Assembly (NCBI GenBank): GCA_964016885.1
Contig: OZ024761.1
Location: 28,520,001 to 28,584,000 of the forward strand
Reading direction: 5' to 3'
DNA from: Eledone cirrhosa
Taxonomy: Eukaryota
Length of the DNA stretch: 64,000 nt
The position numbers were made by a program, and so were the translations under genes. The notes under the pieces are model-generated. The model had not been told where the DNA came from and made no database searches. It worked only from the letters and a program-made list of their open reading frames with translations. Positions 54,750 through 64,000 of the stretch are shown here, in pieces (the first letter of the stretch is position 1; every line of letters begins with the position of its first letter).

Positions 54750-55051
54750 TAAATATTAAATATTGCTAATCTATCTCCAGCAAAATTTTATTTTAAGTGG
54801 TAGCATTCTTGCAACAATTATCTTTATACATTAAAAAAAATTAAACATGACAAAAAAGTATATTACTAGAAATCCCATACGTTATAAAATGAATAGGATG
54901 GGTTGGGGTCTCATTGTATAAGCTAAGCAAGAACATCAACACACGCACTTGATAAAACAACGATAGATTTAGAAGAAAAAAAAGGAGACATAAGATTAAC
55001 TCAACTGACCAGTCCTGATTCCTCATTCTATTTACAATTTAAACCAGTGGG

Positions 55052-55100
55052 ACTTACCTACAAAAGAAAAAGAAAAAAGTAATCAATTTTAGTTATCATG
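55052..55100 (-). promoter_or_regulatory. Candidate recursive splice (ratchet) site
   Basis: Minus strand acttttttctttttcttttgtAG|GTAAGT; junction between 55058 and 55057. Confidence 0.5.
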
Positions 55101-55139
55101 ATTAAGGTGAAATAATGTTAATTATTAATGAGACATGGA

Positions 55140-56180
55140 AGTAGGTAGATATGTAGGTAGGTAAGTAGGCATGTAGGTAGGTAGGTAGATAGATCCATAG
55201 GTAGATATATTTCTTTATTTGCCACAGGGGCGCACAAAAGTGGGACATTACAAGACGTGACGGCAGGGGTTTTACATAAAATCTTTAACAATGATAAATA
55301 ACAATAAACTATATAAAAATAAAACAATTGAAATCCCCATTAGGAGGGGGGGGTAACGCTACTGCGGGGTTGTTTTACACCCCGTGGATAGAACATCCCT
55401 CAACACCAGGAACACGTTTTGTAGGTGTTCCCGTCTTCCCTCTGTTTATCTTCCTCAACCTACAGGTTTATATACAGAGAAGGCCCATTCACTCGGGCCA
55501 TTTTCGCCACATTCACCCACCTTTCAGCGAATTTACTGGGGTGTAGCACCTCTCTCTCCACTCTCACTTTCCTTAGATAGATAGATATGTTTCTTTTATT
55601 TGCCACCAGGGCATCAAAAGTGGGACAAGTACAATGGGGGGAGTTTACAAAACAAGGCGTCCTCAATAAGGAGGAGGCAATAACAATATATAAAAATAAA
55701 ATAAAATATAACAAAAAATAAAATTTATAACAAAGTCCTCAATAGAGAAGAGGCGCCTTGGGGGGTTGCACACACCCCCCAAAAAAAGTGTGCAACCCTT
55801 CTCCTCAGGAGCACAGAGAAGGGGTGCTCCCTTGGTCTTTCATCTTCCTCACCTATAGTCTGATGTAGAGTGAAGGCCCATTCACACGGGCCATTCTCGC
55901 CACTTTCACCCATCTTTCATAGAAACGGCTGGGGTGCAGCACCTCTCTCTCCATCCTGATCCTTCTTCCGAAATGATATCGGAAGAAACGGACCAGTTGT
56001 TGGCCAGAGAGAAAGGTGTCTGACCTCAGTCCTTTCAGCTGCGTCCACCATAAAACCTCTTTCGCCATGGCTATTACGCACAGAAACATCGCCTCTCCTT
56101 CGTTTTTGAAGAGGGGAGGCGGCTTGATCGTTACAATAGACTCGGTGGTCAACCGGATCGGTCCCACCCTTGACAGCAGA
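55140..56180 (-). mobile_element. Two stacked L1/Tx1-like LINE 3' fragments bounded by (GATA/GGTA)n
   Basis: FLCVIAMAKEVLWWT...SGQQLVRFFRYHFGRRIRMEREVLHPSRFYERWVKVARM; same family as 42096-43025. Confidence 0.7.
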
Positions 56181-56332
56181 TAGATAGGTAGGTAGTTAGG
56201 TAGGTAGATAGTTAGATAAACAAAATGCCTTATTAGTTTCACACTTTATATAGAAAAGGGGAAAGAAAGTTCATCATGTCGGGCTATAGCCTTTCTTCAG
56301 GGGCACAAAAACATCTATATATATAGAGAGAG

Positions 56333-56512
56333 AGGGTGTGGTAAGATACCAGGTGGACCATAATGCACCAGAGTACTCGATACTTAGGGTAGTAGAGTGG
56401 GTAATATGAAAAGATTCAGGACCCCAACGGCTGAGCTCCGGCTGTTTCGACTACTAGACCTAGCTGTCAAAACAGCCGCAGCTCAGCCATCGGGATCCTG
56501 AATCTTTTCATA
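56333..56512 (-). mobile_element. Family E fold-back element
   Basis: tatgaaaagattcagga...tcctgaatcttttcata hairpin centred near 56459. Confidence 0.8.
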
Positions 56513-56689
56513 CACATATATATGTGTGTGTGTGTGTGTGTGTGTAGAATTAGATTAAAGGTAAGAATATGTATGAGTGGTGACTGACTGAGCTACTTAA
56601 ATCTACAGAAGAATATATTACAATGAACAGGTAATTAGTATTCCATTGACCGAACAACAGCAGCACTTACTGTCAAAACCTCAACACCA

Positions 56690-58030
56690 GCACAACAATA
56701 GCAGCAACAGCAATAACAACAGTGACACCACCACCACCAGCACACTAACAACACAACAACAACAGCAGCAATAACAACACTGACACCACCACCAGCAGCA
56801 CACCACCACCAACAACAGCAGCAACAACAACACTGACACCACCACCACCAGCACACCAACAACAGTGACACCACCACCAGCAACAACAGCAGCAATAACA
56901 ACCCTGACACCACGACCACCAGCACACCACCACCACCACCAGCAGGAATAACAACAGTGACACGACCACCACCAGCACACCACCACCACCACCAGCAGGA
57001 ATAACAACAGTGACACCACCACCACCACCAACACCAACAACAACAGTGACACCACCACCACCACCACCACCAACAACAATAACAACAGTGACACCACCAC
57101 CACCACCAACACCAACAACAACAGTGACACCACCACCACCACCAACAACAACAACAATAACAACAGTGACACCACCACCAGCAACAACAGCAGCAATAAC
57201 AACAGTGACACCACCACCACCAACACCAACAACAACAGCGACACCACCACCACCACCACCACCAACAACAATAACAACAGTGACACCACCACCACCAACA
57301 ACAACAGTGACACCACCACCACCACCAACACCAACAACAACAGTGACACCACCACCACCACCACCAGCAGGAATAACAACAGTGACACCACCACCAACAC
57401 CAACAACAATAACAACAGTGACACCACCACCACCACCAACAACAACAAAAACAACAGTGACACCACCACCACCACCAACACCAACAACAACAGTGACACC
57501 ACCACCACCACCACCAGCAGGAATAACAACAGTGACACCACCACCAACACCAACAACAATAACAACAGTGACACCACCACCACCACCAACAACAACAATA
57601 ACAGTGACACCACCACCACCACCACCAGCAGGAATAACAACAGTGACACCACCACCAACACCAACAACAATAACAACAGTGACACCACCACCACCACCAA
57701 CACCAACAACAACAGTGACACCACCACCACCACCACCAGCAGGAATAACAACAGTGACACCACCACCAACACCAACAACAATAACAACAGTGACACCACC
57801 ACCACCACCAACAACAACAATAACAACAGTGACACCACCACCACCACCAACAACAACAAAAACAACAGTGACACCACCACCACCACCAACACCAACAACA
57901 ACAGTGACACCACCACCACCAACAACAACAACAACAACAGTGACACCACCACCACCACCACCACCACCAACACCAACAACAACAGTGACACCACCACCAC
58001 CACCACCAACAACAACAATAACAACAGTGA

Positions 58031-58066
<36 letters not shown>

Positions 58067-58117
58067 CAGTGACACCACCACCACCACCACCACCACCAAC
58101 ACCAACAACAACAGTGA

Positions 58118-58153
<36 letters not shown>

Positions 58154-58520
58154 CAGTGACACCACCACCAACAACAACAACAATAACAACAGTGACACCA
58201 CCACCACCACCAACACCAACAACAACAACAACAGTGACACCACCACCACCACCACCAACAACAACAACAGTGACACCACCACCACCACCACCACCACCAA
58301 CACCAACAACAACAGTGACACCACCACCACCACCACCACCAACAACAACAATAACAACAGTGACACCACCACCAACAACAACAATAACAACAGTGACACC
58401 ACCACCACCACCAACACCAACAACAACAACAACAACAGTGACACCACCACCACCACCACCACCACCAACAACAACAGTGACACCACCACCACCACCACCA
58501 ACACCAACAACAACAGTGAC

Positions 58521-58558
<38 letters not shown>

Positions 58559-58646
58559 CAGTGACACCACCACCAACAACAACAACAATAACAACAGTGA
58601 CACCACCACCAACAACAACAACAGTGACACCACCACCACCACCACC

Positions 58647-58677
<31 letters not shown>

Positions 58678-58745
58678 GTGACACCACCACCACCACCAAC
58701 AACAACAGTGACACCACCACCACACCACCACCACCAACAACAACT
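56690..58745. repeat. 2-kb (CAC)/(CAA) compound repeat punctuated by agtgac
   Basis: Direct observation. Confidence 0.92.
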
Positions 58746-59254
58746 CTGAGTGTCTTTCAGAAGACACATACAATGCTATCTTGTTTCCAAACAATAATAT
58801 GTGACATGACATAAAAGGGTTAAATTAATAGCACAGCAGTGCAAAACACACACACACACACACCTTTCCATACACACACACACACACACACACACACAGA
58901 TATACCTTCACACACACAAACACATTCACAAACACAGACACACACACACTTTCACAAATCCACACATACTTTCACACACAGAAACACAGACAGAGACACG
59001 TACACACACACACACTCACCTACACACACACACATACATACAGAGACACGTACACACACACTCACCTACACACACACTCACCTACACACACACATACAGA
59101 GACACGTACACACTCACCTACAAACACACTCACCTACAAACACACTCACACACACACACACACACAGGTTTGTGTGTATTGAATTATCTAACCAACATGA
59201 ACAGCACTAATTTGCTTCTGCAAATTATGGTGAAAAATATAGATTGTTGCTACT

Positions 59255-60210
59255 CAGACACACACATACTTACATCCACATAGACACACACATACTTACA
59301 TTCACATAGACACACACATACTTACATCCACATAGACACACACATACTTACATTCACATAGACACACACACATACTTACATTCACATAGACACACACATA
59401 TACTTACATCCACATAGACACACACATACTTACATCCACATAGACACACACATACTTACATCCACATAGACACACACATACTTACATCCACATAGACACA
59501 CACATACTTACATCTACACAGACACACACATACTTACATCCACATAGACACACACATATACTTACATCCACATAGACACACACATACTTACATTCACATA
59601 GACACACACATACTTACATCCACATAGACACACACATATACTTACATCCACATAGACACACACACATACTTACATCCACACAGACACACACATATTTACA
59701 TTCACATAGAGACACACATATACTTACTTTCACACAGACACACACATATACTTACAGACACACACATACTTACATCCACACAGACACACACATATACTTA
59801 CATCCACATAGACACACACATATACTTACATTCACATAGACACACACATATACTTACATTCACATAGACACACACACACACACATAAAGACACACACATA
59901 TACTTACATCCACACAGACACACACATATACTTACATCCACACAGACACATATATACTTACATCCACACAGACACACACACATACTTACATCCACATAGA
60001 CACACACATATACTTACATTCACATAGACACACACACATAAAGACACACACATATACTTACATCCACACAGACACACACATATACTTACATCCACACAGA
60101 CACACACATATACTTACATCCACACAGACACACACATTTACTTATTTTCACACAGACACACACACACACACATAAAGATACACACATATACTTACATCCA
60201 CATAGACACA
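59255..60210. repeat. ~28-bp minisatellite
   Basis: (catacttacatYcacaYagacacaca)n. Confidence 0.92.
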
Positions 60211-60223
60211 CACAAACATGTAG

Positions 60224-60249
<26 letters not shown>

Positions 60250-60256
<7 letters not shown>

Positions 60257-60552
60257 TACACATACGCGTACATTAACATATGCGTTAACGTTGTGCATAT
60301 ATTTACATAGACATGCAACAACACACAAATGCATGCACACGCACACATTTACATAGCCATGTGCACTCACAGATGCATACACACACACACAAACACATTC
60401 ACATACATACACATACGCGTACATTAACATATGCGTTAACGTTGTGCATATATTTACATAGACATGCAACAACACACAAATGCATGCACACGCACACATT
60501 TACATAGCCATGTGCACACACAGATGCATACACACACACACAAACACATTCA
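60250..60552. repeat. 151-bp tandem duplication
   Basis: catacgcgtacattaacatatgcgttaacgttgtgc at 60261 and 60412. Confidence 0.9.
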
Positions 60553-60914
60553 CATGCACACATATGAGTACATTCACATAGACATGCACACACACACACA
60601 TTCACATATACAAAGACACACACACACACATGCATTCACTCATACATGCCTACACACACATACATTCACAGACATAAACATATGCACACAGACACACCCA
60701 TATATACATACACACACTCACGCATATTCATACACATACACACGTACACACATTCACACATACATACATACACACACACACACGGATACATACACAAACA
60801 CACACATTCACATAGATATGCACACACATTCACACAGACACATACACACATACAGATATATATACACACACATTCACACACACTCACATTTACACACACA
60901 CACAAAATCACACA

Positions 60915-61790
60915 ACACATTAACACAGCCACAGACACACACAGATACACACACATACACACGCTCACATTCACACACACACACACACTCACACGTACAC
61001 ATTAACACAGCCCCAGGCACACACAGACAGACAGAGCCATACACACACACGCTCACATTTACACATATACACACACACACGCTCACATTTACACATATAC
61101 ACACTCACACGTACACATTAACACAGCCACAGGCACACACAGACAGATAGAGCCATACACACACACACACACACACGCTCACATTTACACACACACACAC
61201 GCACACTCACACGTATACATTAACACAGCCACAGGAACACACAGATAGACAGAGCCATACACACACACACACACACACGCTCACATTTACACACACACAC
61301 GCACACTCACACGTACACATTAACACAACCACAGGTACACACACACAGACAGAGCCATACACACACACACACACACACACACTCACTCACACTCACACGT
61401 ACACATTAACACAGCCACACACACACAGACAGAGCCACACACACACACACACTCACACGTACACATTAACACAGCCACAGGTACACACACACAGACAGAG
61501 CCATACACACACACACACACGCACACTCACACGTACACATTAACACAGCCACAGGTACACACACAGAGACAGAGCCATACACACACACACACTCACACGT
61601 ACACATTAACACAGCCACAAGTACACACACAGAGACAGAGCCATACACACACACACACACACGTACACATTAACACAGCCACAGGTACACACACACAGAC
61701 AGAGCCACACACACACGCACACGCACACTCACAGGTACACATTAACACAGCCACAGGTACACAAACAGAGACAGAGCCACACACAGACAC
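60915..61790. repeat. ~60-bp CA-rich minisatellite
   Basis: Repeated cactcacacgtacacattaacacagccacagg...acagagcca. Confidence 0.9.
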
Positions 61791-62184
61791 CTGATATAGC
61801 GATAGTGTGATTGTGTGCACCTGGATGAGTAGAGAGAAGAAAGTATTGAACACTGATAATTGTATTGAAGAAATGTAATGATCTCAGAATTAATAATGAT
61901 TTCTTACAGAGATATTGATATTGGTCCATTGATTAGGAGATAGGCTGACTGTACTGGGACTACATTTACTGATGCTAGGAGGACAAATGGTGACCTCAGC
62001 AATATTATATATATATATATATACACACACATGTATATAGAGCCATACACACACACACACACGCTCACATTTACACACACACACACTCACATATATACAC
62101 ACACATGTATATATATATATATGACAAAGTAAAACCTACTACAGTCAGTAGGCATCTCTAACAAAATACACCCCCGTCCCACCA

Positions 62185-62732
62185 CCCCCAGCCCATCCAC
62201 ACCGCCCCTTTCAATGTAAAGTTAGGTTGGTGCCACAAAATCCAGGCCGAAACAAATGAGATCGTGTAGGTGTCACGACAAAAAAACACACAGTCCATGC
62301 TGTAATGTGACCGTGTAGGCAACACGGTAAAAACCTCCCAGCCCCACACTGTAAATGTGGTTGGTGTTAGGAAGGGCATCCAGCTGTAGAAAACCCGCCA
62401 GACAGTCCACGCTGTAATGTGGCCGTGTAGGCAACACGGTAAAAACCTCCCAGCCCCACACTGTAAATGGGGTTGGTGTTAGGAAGGGCATCCAGCTGTA
62501 GAAAACCCGCCAGACAGTCCACGCTGTAATGTGGCCGTGTAGGCAACACGGTAAAAACCTCCCAGCCCCACACTGTAAATGTGGTTGGTGTTAGGAAGGG
62601 CATCCAACTGTAGAAAACTCGCCAGACAGTCCTATGCGAGCAAGACAACCACTCTTGCCTCAAGTGGGAAAACTCCCGTCCAAACCTATGCAAGCGTGGA
62701 ACATGGACGTTAAACGATGATGATGATGATGA
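62185..62732 (+). mobile_element. SINE A-related 3' half with an internal ~117-bp unit in three tandem copies
   Basis: gtgtaggcaacacggtaaaaacctcccagccccacactgtaaatg..ttaggaagggcatcca x3; (gat)n tail. Confidence 0.85.
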
Positions 62733-62737
62733 TATAT

Positions 62738-62938
62738 AACGAAGGAAATGTGGTAAGGAACCAGATGGACCATAACGCACCAAAGTACTCAATACTTAGG
62801 GTAGTAGAGTGGGAAATAGGAACAAGTAGGACCCCGACAGCTGAGCTCAAGCCGTTTCGACGGCTAATTCTGGACTTCATTTAGTCCAGAATTAGCTGTC
62901 GAAACGGCTTGAGCTCAGCCGTCGGGGTCCTACTTGTT

Positions 62939-62943
<5 letters not shown>
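62738..62943 (-). mobile_element. Family E fold-back element
   Basis: ~125-bp hairpin ataggaacaagtaggacccc...ggggtcctacttgttcctat. Confidence 0.82.
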
Positions 62944-62986
<43 letters not shown>

Positions 62987-63021
62987 TATATATAAATATA
63001 TATATAGAGAGATAGAGAGAG

Positions 63022-63300
63022 AGATAAATCTACCACTCAATGGTAGGGTCTAAACCGTATAAAGAACTCAATGTAATCCATATGTAGATGTCGTGAAACA
63101 AAGTTTAAAATACAAAAACTTTATCAACGATATAATTCAATTGGATACAGAGTCAAAATAGAAATATTAAAACAATGAAATTAAACACAAAACTGTTAAT
63201 TCATAGTAAAACTCATTATTTTACGATCGTTTCTGGGGTGTAGTTCCCTGTATGTTCATTCAATTATTGATCTATGTAAAACATATTACAAAATATCATA
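63022..63300 (-). mobile_element. Inverted pLTR with the 3' half of an HHR (GAAA-cgatcg-TA)
   Basis: Homologous to 10792-11160; abuts the GIY-YIG remnant. Confidence 0.7.
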
Positions 63301-63304
63301 GTAA

Positions 63305-63757
63305 GAAAAAGATACCCTATATGCAAACGGTTGTAATTGTAGAATAGAAGATAATTGTCCCTTAAATGGAAATTGCTTAATTAATAATATAGTATATAAA
63401 TGTGTAATCACCACTAAAGACTCTAATCAATCCTATATAGGATCCACTTCTAATCCATTTAAATCGATATTGTATGCACACACCCACAGTTTCCGAAACA
63501 CAAAATTAGCAAATACCACTTCTTTAGCAGAAGCAGTTAATAATTGTAAAAAGAAGAATATTAAATATAACCTAATTTGGAAGATTCTTAAGGGAGCTAT
63601 TTCTTATCAGGGCAATAGAAGGGAGTGTGGACTGTGTTCCCAAGAAATTTTTGAAATTACTAAATCGAAGGACACTCTATTAAATAAAAGATAAGAATTA
63701 ATTTTAGTATGTAACCATAACATTAGAAAGACATTCAAATATTATAAATACAACTAA
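63305..63757 (+). pseudogene. Penelope-like (Nematis-like) GIY-YIG endonuclease remnant
   Basis: In frame upstream of the listed ORF: GCNCRIEDNCPLNGNCLINNIVYKC..SYIGSTSNPFK; then ECGLCSQE..LLNKR*, with a frameshifted LVCNH. Confidence 0.88.
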
Positions 63758-64000
63758 ACAAATATAGAAAAATATATAGGTGAATAAATGTGTGAGTATA
63801 GGTGTGTGTGTATATGTATGTATATGCATAAATGTATGGCTATATATAAACATGTGTGAGTATACATGTGTATATATTTTTTATATTATATATATTTAGA
63901 ACAAATTATTCCTCACAACAAAGAAATAACTAACTTTTTAAGATTATTCTATTCCATTCTACTTGATGTAACACACTAATCCCAGTACCCCTTTTCCTTT

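Noticed and set aside
56270-56305. Minus-strand CTGAAGA-ggc tata gcc-GACA
   Set aside because: GAAA, cleavage site and stem I are all defective; at best a relic.

Overview
Eukaryotic, AT-rich, microsatellite-saturated DNA with one 200-N gap. The repeat landscape resembles a coleoid cephalopod (Octopus-like) genome; this is an inference from recalled SINE sequences. No intact host protein-coding gene is recognisable, and almost all listed ORFs are translations of (TA)n, (CA)n or triplet repeats. Supported content: four tRNA-headed SINE families; RTE, CR1-like and L1/Tx1-like LINE 3' fragments; two decayed Penelope-like element (PLE) coding remnants (Neptune-like RT + GIY-YIG, Nematis-like GIY-YIG); a full-length decayed DD37D (maT) transposon; a rearranged mariner; TA- and TTAA-MITEs; and many minisatellites. 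The main hidden signal is about 13 small type I hammerhead ribozyme (HHR) motifs from several unrelated families, folded by eye. Most lie in fold-back (inverted) insertions within (TA)n. They include a 540-nt retrozyme-like unit with terminal redundancy, two U3-A8 covariant cores, and a five-copy family that folds back at HHR stem II. Other signals: a perfect RFX X-box, a strong AG|GTAAGT recursive-splice-like site, and possible duplicated terminal exons on the minus strand. Coordinates were read by eye; edges may be off by a few bases.
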